DNA of 64,000 bases. Origin: Candidatus Bathyarchaeota archaeon (GTDB lineage: Archaea; Thermoproteota; Bathyarchaeia; Bathyarchaeales; Bathycorpusculaceae). The translations under genes and the position numbers were made by a program. Under the pieces are notes generated by a model. It searched no databases. It saw nothing but the letters and a program-made list of their open reading frames with translations, and was not told the DNA's origin. Of this stretch, positions 29,987 to 40,355 are shown in pieces. The first letter of the stretch is position 1; every line of letters starts with the position of its first letter. Location: assembly GCA_963782525.1 (NCBI GenBank), contig CAWAKC010000010.1, forward strand, positions 32,001 through 96,000. Reading direction: 5' to 3'.

Positions 29987-31900
29987 ATGTTCTCATACGC
30001 AGGAAAAATATTACATGTTAACCTCACAACCGGGGAAACACACACCGAGCCATTATCAGAACAGATGGCTAAAAGCTACATTGGCGGCATAGGCTTAGGC
30101 ATCCGCTTACTTATGGACAACTCCAAACCAGGCACAGACCCATTCGACCCAGACAACCCAATCATCTACTGTACAGGTCCGCTAAGCGGCACCATGGGTC
30201 CAACAGCTGGAAACGGCTACGCAGTAGTTTCCAAATCACCAGCTACAGGAGGAGTTGGAGAAGCTAAAGCTCACGGATTTTTCGGTCCTGACCTAAAACG
30301 TGCAGGATACGACGCCGTAGTCATTACTGGTAAAGCGCCAAAATTATCTTATCTTTGGATTGACGATGACAAAGTAGAAATCCGAAACGGCGAATACCTC
30401 AAATACGCCACAGTAAACGATACCGATAACAAAATCCGAGACGAACTCGGAGACTTCTATATTCGTGTATCAGCCATTGGCGAAGCAGGCGAAAAACTCT
30501 GCAGGTTCGCAGCCATCATAAACGACGAATTCCGCGCCATCGGACGCACCGGCATGGGCGCAGTGATGGGCAGCAAAAACCTCAAAGCAGTTGCCGTCCG
30601 CGGAACAAAAGACGTTAACGTCGCCAACATGGAAGGCTTCAAAGAATACATCAAAATGATCCATGAACGCATGAAGGGTCCAGCAACCAAGAAATACAAG
30701 ACCTTGGGCACACCCGAAAACGTTCTCGTCCTCAACTCGCTCTCAGCCTTGGCCACAAGGAACTGGACAAACGCCACTTTTGAAGGCGCCAACAAAGTTA
30801 GCGGCGAATACCTAAACGAACATTACGTTAAGAAAATCGTGGGTTGCGCAACTTGCGGTATGCGTTGCGACCACATTGCGGTTGTTCCTGAAGGACCATA
30901 CAAGGGTTCAACTTCCAGATTAGAATTCGAATGCCTCTGGAGCATGGGACCCCTTTGCGGAGTTGACAGATTAGACGCAATTATCGAAGCCATGCGCATA
31001 GTAAACGAATACGGCATGGATGGCATCTCAATTGGCGTCGTTGTCGCATTCGCGATGGATCTCTATGAGCACGGTGTAATCACAAAGGAACAAACCGATG
31101 GAATCGACCTTAAATTCGGCAATGCAGAAGCACTAATCGCCATAATCCACAAAATCGGAAAACGTGAAGGCTGGTTGGGTAACATCCTCGCAGAAGGAGT
31201 CGCCAAAGCAGCAGAACTAATTGGCGGAGACGCATACAAGTACGCTTGCCACATCAAAGGCTTAGAACTTCCAGGCTACGACCTAAGAACCCTAAAAACA
31301 GCAGCATTAGGCTTCTCAGTTTCATTCAGAGGTGCCTGCCACTTAAGAAACGGCGCTTACTCACCCGATGTTAAGGGCAAAGTGAACCGATTCAAAATCG
31401 AGAAAGGCCGCGGCAAAATGATTACCGACGAGAGCATCATGTACAACATCATCGACTCACTCATCGTCTGCAAATTTAGCAGAGGCACATACTACGACGG
31501 CTGGAAAGACCTGACCAACTACTACACCTTAGCCACTGGCATCCCAATTACCCCCGAAGAAATGATAGCTGACGGCGACCGCATCGAAAACCTCGCAAGA
31601 CTTTTCAACATCCGTGAAGGCAAAGGCACTCGCAAATACGACGATGTCCCATACAAGATAAAGAATTTCCCAGTCCCCGACGAAGGACCCGCAAAGGGCG
31701 TCTGCGTCAGCGACGAAGAAATGGCAATCGGCTTAGACGACTACTACGCTTCACGTGGCTGGACAGTGGACGGTATTCCAACGGTTGAACGCCTCAAACT
31801 GTTAGGTTTGGACGACTTAGCTTACATTGCTGAAGACGCTATGAAAGCCGCTAAAGAAGCCGAGCCTCAAGCAGCAGTGGCAACCACTGGAGGAAACTAA
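29987..31900 (+). CDS. aor: tungsten aldehyde:ferredoxin oxidoreductase family protein 1
   Basis: KSP.TG, GRTGMGAVMGSKNLKA, CxxCxxxC, EFE, RGACH, DSLIVC. Confidence 0.95.
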   Translation: MFSYAGKILHVNLTTGETHTEPLSEQMAKSYIGGIGLGIRLLMDNSKPGTDPFDPDNPIIYCTGPLSGTMGPTAGNGYAVVSKSPATGGVGEAKAHGFFGPDLKRAGYDAVVITGKAPKLSYLWIDDDKVEIRNGEYLKYATVNDTDNKIRDELGDFYIRVSAIGEAGEKLCRFAAIINDEFRAIGRTGMGAVMGSKNLKAVAVRGTKDVNVANMEGFKEYIKMIHERMKGPATKKYKTLGTPENVLVLNSLSALATRNWTNATFEGANKVSGEYLNEHYVKKIVGCATCGMRCDHIAVVPEGPYKGSTSRLEFECLWSMGPLCGVDRLDAIIEAMRIVNEYGMDGISIGVVVAFAMDLYEHGVITKEQTDGIDLKFGNAEALIAIIHKIGKREGWLGNILAEGVAKAAELIGGDAYKYACHIKGLELPGYDLRTLKTAALGFSVSFRGACHLRNGAYSPDVKGKVNRFKIEKGRGKMITDESIMYNIIDSLIVCKFSRGTYYDGWKDLTNYYTLATGIPITPEEMIADGDRIENLARLFNIREGKGTRKYDDVPYKIKNFPVPDEGPAKGVCVSDEEMAIGLDDYYASRGWTVDGIPTVERLKLLGLDDLAYIAEDAMKAAKEAEPQAAVATTGGN

Positions 31901-31901
31901 A

Positions 31902-32414
31902 ATGGTGCGCCCTCAAGACCGAAAATTCGTAACCGCAGATCCCGACAAATGCATCGGCTGCTGTGTCTGCGAATACGCTTGCAGCATGGTTAACGAAAAA
32001 ACCTTCAATCCAAATAAATCACGCATACGCGCCATGCGCCTTGGACCCTTAGTGAACCTTGCAGTTACCTGCAGGCACTGTGAAGACCCCGCATGCGTCG
32101 CAGCTTGCCCAAGAGACGCCCTAAAACAAGAATGTGACAGCGGCATAATCCGAGTGGACGAAAACGCATGCAACGGCTGCGGATGGTGCATCAGCGCATG
32201 CCAATTCGGCGCCATGAACATGCACCCAGACAAAAAAGTCGTATTTACCTGCAACAGCTGTACCGACAACGAAACCAAAGAACCCCAATGCGTCAAATGG
32301 TGCCCCGAAGAAGCCCTAACATACGTTACCGCAGAAACCTTAGCACAGAAGTACCGACAGAAAGCAGTCAAGAACCTATTCCAAACAGCAGAAGAAACCA
32401 ACAAAGCGAAATAA
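31902..32414 (+). CDS. 4Fe-4S dicluster electron transfer subunit
   Basis: Four Cys-motif clusters (DmsB/HydN-like). Confidence 0.93.
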   Translation: MVRPQDRKFVTADPDKCIGCCVCEYACSMVNEKTFNPNKSRIRAMRLGPLVNLAVTCRHCEDPACVAACPRDALKQECDSGIIRVDENACNGCGWCISACQFGAMNMHPDKKVVFTCNSCTDNETKEPQCVKWCPEEALTYVTAETLAQKYRQKAVKNLFQTAEETNKAK

Positions 32415-32506
32415 ACCCAAATTAGCGCTTTTTTGAAGCGCGTTCTTTTTTACTTTTGTTTGCTTGTATTTATTTTATTATTAGGACAATAGGTTAGTGA
32501 ACAACT

Positions 32507-32747
32507 TTGTCTCACACTAAAGGACGCAAAAATAAGGGTGACCCACAAAAAATTCTTACATTCTTGAAGACAATTGAACCTTTAAATGAAGAGAGCGCCA
32601 AAAAAATGATTGCCGAAATAGAAGAAGGCAGGAAACGAGCAGTTCAAAGGAATTCTGATTGTGGGGCCGGTAGCCTTAAAAAATGAAACGCTGATAAATC
32701 GTGACAAAAAAATTTTTGAAAGTACACAAATAATTGTGCTCGACTAA
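32507..32747 (+). pseudogene. remnant of a vapBC-like toxin-antitoxin pair
   Basis: 59 aa antitoxin-like ORF 32507-32686 overlapping a PIN C-terminal fragment ILIVG..ALKNETLINRDKKF. Confidence 0.5.
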
Positions 32748-32757
32748 TTTTTTATGA

Positions 32758-33045
32758 TTAGCCACCAGTAACAAGCGACATCAAAATGATGCTGTCTCGG
32801 TCTTTGAGAGGCGTGTTTATACCTTGGAGTTGGTCCATCAAAATACCGTTGACCATCGCAACAAAGGATGCTTTCATCTCCTTTTTGACTGGGTCATAGA
32901 CGTCTTGAGTGAATGGTTTGCCATAGTCTGCAGCGATTTTGTCGAGCAGTTCAGACAGTACGGTTTTGTCTGGTAATGTGAATTCATCTTGGCTTGTGTT
33001 TGTGTAGGATTTTACTAAGCTGATGTAGTGTACGTTTATTTGCAT
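32758..33045 (-). CDS. moaD: MoaD/ThiS ubiquitin-like sulfur carrier (SAMP)
   Basis: Beta-grasp fold, VNG, C-terminal GG; start trimmed to MQINVHY. Confidence 0.9.
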   Translation of the reverse strand: MQINVHYISLVKSYTNTSQDEFTLPDKTVLSELLDKIAADYGKPFTQDVYDPVKKEMKASFVAMVNGILMDQLQGINTPLKDRDSIILMSLVTGG

Positions 33046-33270
33046 TTTTTGGTCCTCCTGCTCTGGTTTAGTGTTGTTGTTGGGTTCTGATATTTCTTTT
33101 CCCAAAAAAAACGCGTTTTTGCTTGCGAAAACCTGTTTAGCGTTATTCCTAACTATGCATGACGCTTTCCTCAACTCCTAGAACGCCATGAATTTTCCAG
33201 CAAAGAACCCATTAACTTAATATATTCTTCAACAGCACTAAATATTCTAAACTCTTGGAGAGAACAAGGT

Positions 33271-35127
33271 TTGCTAGGTTACGCTGGAACAATCTTATAT
33301 GTTGATTTAACCACAGGCAAAACTCGCACCGAAAAATTAAGCGACGACGTCGCCAAAAAATACATCGGCGGCATCGGCCTTGGCATGGAACTCTACTTAA
33401 CCAACTCAAAAGCAGGCGTGGACCCCTTGAGCGCAGAAAACCCGCTTGTACTCACAGTTGGGCCAATCTCTGGAACGATGTTTCCGACAGGCGGAAACGG
33501 ACACGCCTTCATTTCAAAATCACCAGAAACTAACGCTGTCGGAGAAGCTGTAAGCCACGGCACCTTCGGCACCGAACTCAAACGTGCAGGATACGACGCA
33601 GTAATCCTGACTGGTAAAGCAGAAAAACCTGTTTACCTCTGGATTGACGATGCATCTGTCCAACTGCTTGATGCATCGCAAATCTGGGGTAAATCACCCT
33701 TTGAAACCGAAGACGCCATCAAAAACGAACTCGGCGACTACTACGTTCGCGTAGCCTCAATCGGTTTAGCAGGCGAAAAACTATCCAAAATCGCCAATAT
33801 CATTAACGAGAAAACCCGGGCTGCAGGCCGAACAGGGCTTGGTGCAGTCATGGGCAGTAAAAACCTCAAAGCAATCGCGGTCCGAGGAACCCGCGACATA
33901 GTCGTTGCGAAACCTGACGATTTCATTACGATGGTTAAAGAGTTTCATGAGCGCATGAAGGGACCAGCCGCACAGAAATACCGAACACTCGGCACATCCG
34001 AAAACATCATGACTCAAAACGCACTTTTCTGTTTACCCACACGCAATTTTAACAACGCTCATTTTGAGAACGCTGAAAGAGTCAGCGCCGAAACACTCAA
34101 CGAACGCTACATTGTAAAAATCATCGCTTGCAATTCATGTGCTATGCGATGTGAACACGAAGCAGTCATAAAGGAAGGACCCTACAAAGGCACACTTGCA
34201 CGTATGGAATACGATAACGTTTGGGCTTTAGGACCCAATTGTGGCGTAGACAAACTAGACGCTATAATTAAAGCCGCTGAACTCTGCAACTACTACGGCT
34301 TAGACGCCACAAGCGCAGGCGTAACCGTTAGCTTCGTCATGGATTGCCACGAAAAAGGTATCTTAACACACGAAGACCTCGGTGGATTAGATGCTCATTT
34401 TGGAAACGCAGATGCTCTAGTGCAACTTATCGAGAAAATTGGCAAACGCGAAGGAATCGGCGACATGTTTGCAGACGGCGTAAAAGTTGCTGCAGAAAAA
34501 ATCGGCAAAAACTCAAGCGAGCTTGCCCAACAGATTAAAGGCTTAGAAGTTACAGGCTACGACTTACGTTGCCTAAAAACCGCAGCTTTAGCCTCAGCAG
34601 TTTCCTTCCGTGGAGCAGACCAAAACCGAAGCGGCGCCTATACCGTTGACTTAAAGGGTAAAGTTGACCGCTTGAAAGCTGAAAAAGGCCGCGGCAAAAT
34701 CGTCAAAGACGCCGAAGACATCTACGCATTAATCGATTCACTCATCATCTGCAAGAATGCCAAAGGCACGCTCTACAAGGAACTCGCCGATATGGCTAAA
34801 CTCTACAGTTTAGTCACAGGCTACGAAATGACACCTGAAGAACTCAGCGCTGCAGGTGAACGTATAAACGCCATCGCAAAACTCATCAACGTCCGCGAAG
34901 GCTTTAGCCGAAAAGACGACACCCTCCCCTGGAAAGTTATGAATCAACCCATCACCGACGATGGACCGGCCAAAGGCGCCGTTGTAACCCAAGACGAACT
35001 CGACCTCCTTCTAGACGACTACTACCAAGCCCGCGGCTGGAACGTCGAAGGTATACCAACTAAAGCTAAACTCAAAGAACTGGGTCTACAGGAATTCTCA
35101 AGCATAATTGAAGGAAAAGAGGCCTAA
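33271..35127 (+). CDS. aor: aldehyde:ferredoxin oxidoreductase family protein 2 (active-site variant)
   Basis: Paralogue of 29987-31900; keeps the cluster Cys but has EYD and RGADQ. Confidence 0.93.
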   Translation: MLGYAGTILYVDLTTGKTRTEKLSDDVAKKYIGGIGLGMELYLTNSKAGVDPLSAENPLVLTVGPISGTMFPTGGNGHAFISKSPETNAVGEAVSHGTFGTELKRAGYDAVILTGKAEKPVYLWIDDASVQLLDASQIWGKSPFETEDAIKNELGDYYVRVASIGLAGEKLSKIANIINEKTRAAGRTGLGAVMGSKNLKAIAVRGTRDIVVAKPDDFITMVKEFHERMKGPAAQKYRTLGTSENIMTQNALFCLPTRNFNNAHFENAERVSAETLNERYIVKIIACNSCAMRCEHEAVIKEGPYKGTLARMEYDNVWALGPNCGVDKLDAIIKAAELCNYYGLDATSAGVTVSFVMDCHEKGILTHEDLGGLDAHFGNADALVQLIEKIGKREGIGDMFADGVKVAAEKIGKNSSELAQQIKGLEVTGYDLRCLKTAALASAVSFRGADQNRSGAYTVDLKGKVDRLKAEKGRGKIVKDAEDIYALIDSLIICKNAKGTLYKELADMAKLYSLVTGYEMTPEELSAAGERINAIAKLINVREGFSRKDDTLPWKVMNQPITDDGPAKGAVVTQDELDLLLDDYYQARGWNVEGIPTKAKLKELGLQEFSSIIEGKEA

Positions 35128-35129
35128 AC

Positions 35130-35630
35130 ATGGTAAAGATACACGAAAGAAAATTCGTTTCCACCGACCCAGAAAAATGCGTCGGCTGCCAAATATGCGA
35201 GTACGCTTGCTCCTTCACCAAAGAAAAAGCTTTCAACCCACTCAAATCACGAATCCGCGTCGTGCGCGTTAATCAGTTAGCTAACATGGCAGTTACGTGC
35301 CGACTGTGCGAAGAACCAGCTTGCGTTGCTGCGTGCCCAAGAGATGCACTTACACAATCCAAGGACACAGGCAACATCGTACTCGATAAGGACAAATGCA
35401 ACGGCTGCGGCTGGTGTATCGAAGCCTGCGATTACGGCGCTATAATGCTCCATCCAGAAACCAAAGTTGTCTACGTCTGTGACATGTGCAAAGACAAACC
35501 CGAAGGCCCCCAATGCGTTAAATGGTGCCCCGAAGAAGCCATAACCGTTGTTACAAGCGACGTACTGGCACAGAAAGCAAGAATCGGCGCCATCAAAAAA
35601 CTCTTCCAAGAACCAGAAGAAAAGAAGTAA
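35130..35630 (+). CDS. 4Fe-4S dicluster electron transfer subunit
   Basis: Paralogue of 31902-32414. Confidence 0.93.
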   Translation: MVKIHERKFVSTDPEKCVGCQICEYACSFTKEKAFNPLKSRIRVVRVNQLANMAVTCRLCEEPACVAACPRDALTQSKDTGNIVLDKDKCNGCGWCIEACDYGAIMLHPETKVVYVCDMCKDKPEGPQCVKWCPEEAITVVTSDVLAQKARIGAIKKLFQEPEEKK

Positions 35631-35728
35631 ATCGGGCTTTTTGCACAAACTTATTTTTCACATTAAGTCTTTAATTCTTAAATTGCAATAGGATGCTCAT
35701 CTGTCAATCCGCTTGATGATGTACATTG

Positions 35729-36361
35729 CTAAACTTCGACATGGAACGTCGTGTATCCGATTGAGGTAGTGTCTTCAGTTACTTGTGGAAAAGTTGCTTG
35801 GGTTTGATTATCTAATGTGACTTCGAGCGAGTGCCAGGTGAACCTCGAAACCTCAACCACATATTCGTTTAAGCTATTGGGCGAGTTGTAGATGCTTACG
35901 ACCGCTTCCCATTCGCCGTTTGCTCCCTGCCCACTCCAGAAACACAAGTATTCCATTGATTTCTGATAATAATTATTCCATGAGGCGCTTGTGGAGTTTC
36001 GCATTGAAATCCATTGGAGCATTCGGTCTCCAGTGAAGTTAGGATCAGTATTAGATAAGTTTAGGCGGTCTTTAATGCTTTCAAAGTTATTCAGTTCTAA
36101 CGAATTAAATTGTACCAAGTCAGCCCCAGTGTTTATTGGGTTGTTAGCTGCCAAGGCTCCATTTGAGAAACCCGTTTTGTTTCCGTCCGAAAAGCCAGCA
36201 GTATACCCATCATGGTATCCAACGCTGTTGCCAGGAGTAAAACCCGCGTTGTAACCCAATTCATATCGTGTTTGAGCATAATTTTGGGAAATTGTCCAAA
36301 CAGTAGCGCTTGCTACCAATAGAGCGATTAAAAGCAAAGCAATCGAAAACCGTTTCCTCAC
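35729..36361 (-). CDS. exported hypothetical protein with G(Y/F)xxG repeats
   Basis: Signal/TM, GYNAGF..GYHDGY.AGF.DG repeats. Confidence 0.8.
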   Translation of the reverse strand: MRKRFSIALLLIALLVASATVWTISQNYAQTRYELGYNAGFTPGNSVGYHDGYTAGFSDGNKTGFSNGALAANNPINTGADLVQFNSLELNNFESIKDRLNLSNTDPNFTGDRMLQWISMRNSTSASWNNYYQKSMEYLCFWSGQGANGEWEAVVSIYNSPNSLNEYVVEVSRFTWHSLEVTLDNQTQATFPQVTEDTTSIGYTTFHVEV

Positions 36362-36479
36362 GTGTAGTCCCTCACTCGCTATTATTGAACGGGTATTGAT
36401 ATAACGGTTGCCGACCCTTTTTCTGCAAAAGCTATTAGATAGAATACATTAAAGTTAGGAAAATAAAGGTGCCAAAGGT

Positions 36480-37280
36480 TTGCTTGACCAACTTCTCACA
36501 ACAATAATTCTTGGATTAATTCAGGGCTTCGCCGAATGGCTTCCCATCTCAAGCACAGCTCACCTGAAAATCACGGAGCATTTCTTAGGTTTTCAAGCAA
36601 CCCCGCTCTTCAACGTATTTCTACACATAGGTACCCTCGCCGTCGTAGTTTTCTATTTTAGGCATGACATCAAAATTGTCCTAACAGCTTTGGTTCACAG
36701 GGATTTCCATTCAGAATATGGACGATTCATCCCACTTATAATTGTCGCAACCATACCCACAGGAATAATCGGTTTCCTATACGATGAGTACTTAGCCGAC
36801 AACTACCAAACCCTCCTAATCATTGGTATCACCTTCCTAATCGGCGCTGCCTTACTGTACTCCTCAAAGTATGGCAAAGAAAACCAAACCCAAATCTCAT
36901 ACCGAAAAGCCCTCGTCATGGGCGCCGCGCAGGGAGCAGCCAGTTTTCCAGGACTCTCCAGAAGCGGATCCACCATATCGAGTGGGCTATTGCAAGGCGT
37001 GAAGCGAGAGATGGTTTTCAAATTTTCCTTCCTGCTATCAATCCCAGCGATCATAGGTGACTTGGCTGTTGAAGCTTACCTGCAGCGGGGAAGCTTTGCT
37101 CAAGGCGTCGGCGTCAGTTCAGTTGATCTTTTAATTGGTTTAGTGTTCACGGTTGTTGCGGGTTACTTAGCAATCGTGCTCGTAAAAAAACTGGTGCTAA
37201 CGAAACGGTTCTATTACTTTGCCGCCTACACGTTTACCCTCGGCGTAATCTTGATTACTTTGGCACTCTTAGGATTCTAA
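36480..37280 (+). CDS. uppP: undecaprenyl-diphosphatase (BacA family)
   Basis: QGFAEWLPISSTAHL, PGLSRSG, FSFLLSIP. Confidence 0.93.
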   Translation: MLDQLLTTIILGLIQGFAEWLPISSTAHLKITEHFLGFQATPLFNVFLHIGTLAVVVFYFRHDIKIVLTALVHRDFHSEYGRFIPLIIVATIPTGIIGFLYDEYLADNYQTLLIIGITFLIGAALLYSSKYGKENQTQISYRKALVMGAAQGAASFPGLSRSGSTISSGLLQGVKREMVFKFSFLLSIPAIIGDLAVEAYLQRGSFAQGVGVSSVDLLIGLVFTVVAGYLAIVLVKKLVLTKRFYYFAAYTFTLGVILITLALLGF

Positions 37281-37292
37281 GAAGGGTTAGAT

Positions 37293-37475
37293 TTGTCAGG
37301 CGAATTTGAAAACCAAATAAGAAAAATAACAGACAAAAAATCCGCAGAAAAAATAATCGAAGTAGTCAATGCGGCAGGACAAGAATTTCCCTGTTTAACC
37401 TGCCCATCGAACGATGAATGTGGCAGTTTTCAATGGTTCACTAAATGGTTTGGAAAAGTAAGCCCCCAACCGTAG
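37293..37475 (+). CDS. small Cys-containing hypothetical protein
   Basis: FPCLTCPSNDEC motif, co-oriented after uppP. Confidence 0.65.
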   Translation: MSGEFENQIRKITDKKSAEKIIEVVNAAGQEFPCLTCPSNDECGSFQWFTKWFGKVSPQP

Positions 37476-37477
37476 CG

Positions 37478-39265
37478 TTAAATGATTTTTTCCAAATCCG
37501 CGATGAACCGTTCAAACACCTTCAAACCGCCCTTCCAAAAGCTTGGGTCTGCCACGTTTAACCCAACGAATTCACCGATTTCCATCGGAGACACGCTGCC
37601 CCCCGCCGACAACGCCTTGACGAATTTGGGCACAAACGATTTGCCCTCCCCCAGATATCGCTCATACAGCGAGTACACGAACATTTGGGCGTAGACGTAG
37701 GGGTAGTTGTAGAAGCGGTAGTTTGCCATGTAATAATGAGGTTTCATGGTCCATTCAGCTTCCATTTCGGGGAACCAGCTGACGGCGTCGCCGAAGATTC
37801 GGTCGCGGCTTTTGGTCCAGTGACTGCAGATGGTTTTGTAATTCAAGTACTCGCCTTTTTCGATGGATGCGTAGAGTGCCTGCTCAAACCAAACCCGCGC
37901 CGTAACTTGGAACGTTGTCATCCCAGCCTCATCCAAAACAATACACAGAAGCGCTTTGCGTTCTGCATCTGATTTTGCGCTATCCAACAACTTGTAGGTT
38001 AATAGAAGTTCACCGAAAATCGACGCTGTCTCGGCTACAGTCGAAGGCACAGACATGTTGAGCAGTGTTTGATTTCTTGACGCGTACCAGTCATGGGTTG
38101 CGTGCCCTAATTCATGAGCCAACGTGAAGACGGCGGTTAATGTACCGTTGAAGCTTTGCAGAATGTAGGCAGATTTGCCGTTGTAGTAGCCTGCGCAGAA
38201 GGCACCGTTGCGTTTCCCAAACCGCGGCGTGGCATCGATGTGATTTTTGGCAAATATTTCTTTGACTGCAGTTGCGTATTGAGGGTCGAATCGACCGTAG
38301 GCGTCTATGACTAGGTCTTGGGCTTGTTGAAAGGTAAATTTAAGTTCGGGAGAATCAGGCAATGGAGCCACAATGTCATGGTTACCCAGCGTTGGTAAAC
38401 CCATAAGTTTGGATTTCAATTTGAGGTAGCGTCGATAAGATGTTGCGCTTTCCTCGACCGATTTTAGGAGGTTAGAAATTATATTTTCTTGGGTATCGTT
38501 GCTGATTAAACTGGACTCCATGGGCGAGGCGTATTTTCTTCTTTTAGAAACTGTTACCCAATCGTTGCAAATAGCTCTTAGTGCGGCCGAGAACACTTCG
38601 CCATCTTTTCCGAGCAATCCGTAGATTGAGCGGTTGGCAGATTCTCGTGTAGCACGGTCCGGATGAGGAAGTAACCCGTTGGCTTCGCCATAGCTGAGCG
38701 TCTTTTTCTCGCCCAAAACTATCACCTCAAAGATGCGGGTGTTGAGCCATTTACTCTGCAATTCCTCCCAAGCATTCACGCCGAACTGATCCTTCTCTAT
38801 TACGAGTTGTTCTTCAACTTCGGAGAGCTGATGTTCAACACGGCGCCGAGCACGCTCCAGCATATGCTTGTAATTGGATAGGGTTGGCTCATTGATTATT
38901 TGTGGTCTGCTCTTGACCAATGCGCCAAGTTCCAGTGAATAAAAAGCCAGTTGTTTGCTAATTTTCGCTGAGAGTTTTTCTACCCTGTCATTTAGTGCTT
39001 GAGCTTGGGGTTGAGTCATGTCTGCTGCAAACGAGAGGCTCGAAAACAAGGGTAGGTCGCTGAATTTGGCTTCAAACTCCTCAACATCCTTAAAACACCG
39101 GAATAGCTCCTCCGCTGATAAGTTGGCTATTTTGCCTCGATAAGTTTTCTCAAACGCGTTTGCCATTCCTGTGGCTTCTGCGATGGCTTGTTCAATTTTG
39201 GGGTCCGTTATGCTTGGAAAAAGTTCGGTTAGATCCCATGTTGCTTGTGGAGTGGTCAAATTCAA
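37478..39265 (-). CDS. pepF: M3B oligoendopeptidase F
   Basis: WDL N-terminus, GKRNGAFC, HELGH, AETAS, FYNYPY. Confidence 0.93.
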   Translation of the reverse strand: MNLTTPQATWDLTELFPSITDPKIEQAIAEATGMANAFEKTYRGKIANLSAEELFRCFKDVEEFEAKFSDLPLFSSLSFAADMTQPQAQALNDRVEKLSAKISKQLAFYSLELGALVKSRPQIINEPTLSNYKHMLERARRRVEHQLSEVEEQLVIEKDQFGVNAWEELQSKWLNTRIFEVIVLGEKKTLSYGEANGLLPHPDRATRESANRSIYGLLGKDGEVFSAALRAICNDWVTVSKRRKYASPMESSLISNDTQENIISNLLKSVEESATSYRRYLKLKSKLMGLPTLGNHDIVAPLPDSPELKFTFQQAQDLVIDAYGRFDPQYATAVKEIFAKNHIDATPRFGKRNGAFCAGYYNGKSAYILQSFNGTLTAVFTLAHELGHATHDWYASRNQTLLNMSVPSTVAETASIFGELLLTYKLLDSAKSDAERKALLCIVLDEAGMTTFQVTARVWFEQALYASIEKGEYLNYKTICSHWTKSRDRIFGDAVSWFPEMEAEWTMKPHYYMANYRFYNYPYVYAQMFVYSLYERYLGEGKSFVPKFVKALSAGGSVSPMEIGEFVGLNVADPSFWKGGLKVFERFIADLEKII

Positions 39266-39358
39266 TGCCTCAGGTAGGTTAGTATCGGCTGGGTTATTTT
39301 GCGTTTTGTTGTTCCAAAAATCTTAAATGGATTACTTTGTAGGTAAGGATGGACCTCG

Positions 39359-40045
39359 ATGATGCGGTCAAATAGCAAGTTAAAGATTCTGTCTCTCTGC
39401 GGCATATTAGCCCCAATAGTTTACGTTGTAGCTCTGATAGTTGGCAATATCTTGGACCCATCGTATTCGCAGGTTGGAAAAACTGTCAGTGAACTCATCG
39501 CGAAAGGCGCACCAAATCGCGACCTCTTAAATGCCATATTCATCATCTACAACATTCTAACTATTCCATTCGCCCTTGGAATGTCTTATGGCCTGCGAAA
39601 GGGTTGGGCGAGAAACGTTATCTTTGCAGCCTTAGTGATCAACGGCATTTTAGGTGTCGCTTGGACCCTTTTCTTCCCACTCGACGTAGGCGGCAAATCC
39701 GTATCGTTGACCGGTCAGCTTCACCTCATCGTCGGAGCACTGGTGGTTCCGCTCATCTTTGCGCTGGAGCTTTCATTTTGGCGAAGCGCAAAAAAAGACA
39801 GCCGATGGAAAGGCTACGACAAGTTCTCCTTGACAATCTTCGCAGTGACCTTTGTGTTTGGGCTTGCAACGGTGGCGGTTGTTAACTCCGACTATCGTGG
39901 GTTGCTAGAACGCATAACCACAGGGTCATTTCTGCTCTGGGTTGAAGTCCTCGCCATAAGACTCTTCAAATCAACTCAATCTTCAATGTTTGGCTCAAAC
40001 CCAAAACTAAAATTCTTTTCAAAAAAAGACGAAGTTTTGTTTTAG
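39359..40045 (+). CDS. DUF998-type membrane protein
   Basis: YSQ...VSEL...GAP, FP.D, GLLER motifs, multiple TM helices. Confidence 0.8.
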   Translation: MMRSNSKLKILSLCGILAPIVYVVALIVGNILDPSYSQVGKTVSELIAKGAPNRDLLNAIFIIYNILTIPFALGMSYGLRKGWARNVIFAALVINGILGVAWTLFFPLDVGGKSVSLTGQLHLIVGALVVPLIFALELSFWRSAKKDSRWKGYDKFSLTIFAVTFVFGLATVAVVNSDYRGLLERITTGSFLLWVEVLAIRLFKSTQSSMFGSNPKLKFFSKKDEVLF

Positions 40046-40284
40046 GAGCGAAATTCTCTTTCGGTAACGTCTATCTGCTTTTCCAACTTTTCCTTATAAT
40101 TTAACACTTTGTTTTCTACAACGCCATCTTGTCTTGCGTTGAGGCTCTTCAAGAGTTCCTTGTCGTTCATTTTCACCAATGTCTCAGCAAGTTCCATGAC
40201 GAGTTTGCGGAGTTCATGCAGCTCCACGGCTATTGCTCTAAGGTTTCTTCTTTCGTCATCGGTGAAAACCTTTCCAACCATCAA
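40042..40284 (-). CDS. small antitoxin-like helical protein
   Basis: ETL...DKELLKSL.....VVENKV pattern resembles RelB/Phd-type antitoxin C-termini. Confidence 0.55.
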   Translation of the reverse strand: MMVGKVFTDDERRNLRAIAVELHELRKLVMELAETLVKMNDKELLKSLNARQDGVVENKVLNYKEKLEKQIDVTEREFRS

Positions 40285-40355
40285 GTCACCAATTAAAGTT
40301 ACATTTTACAAGCGTTGAGATGTAATAAAGTGTTCCTAAAACCCAAAGGTTTGGT

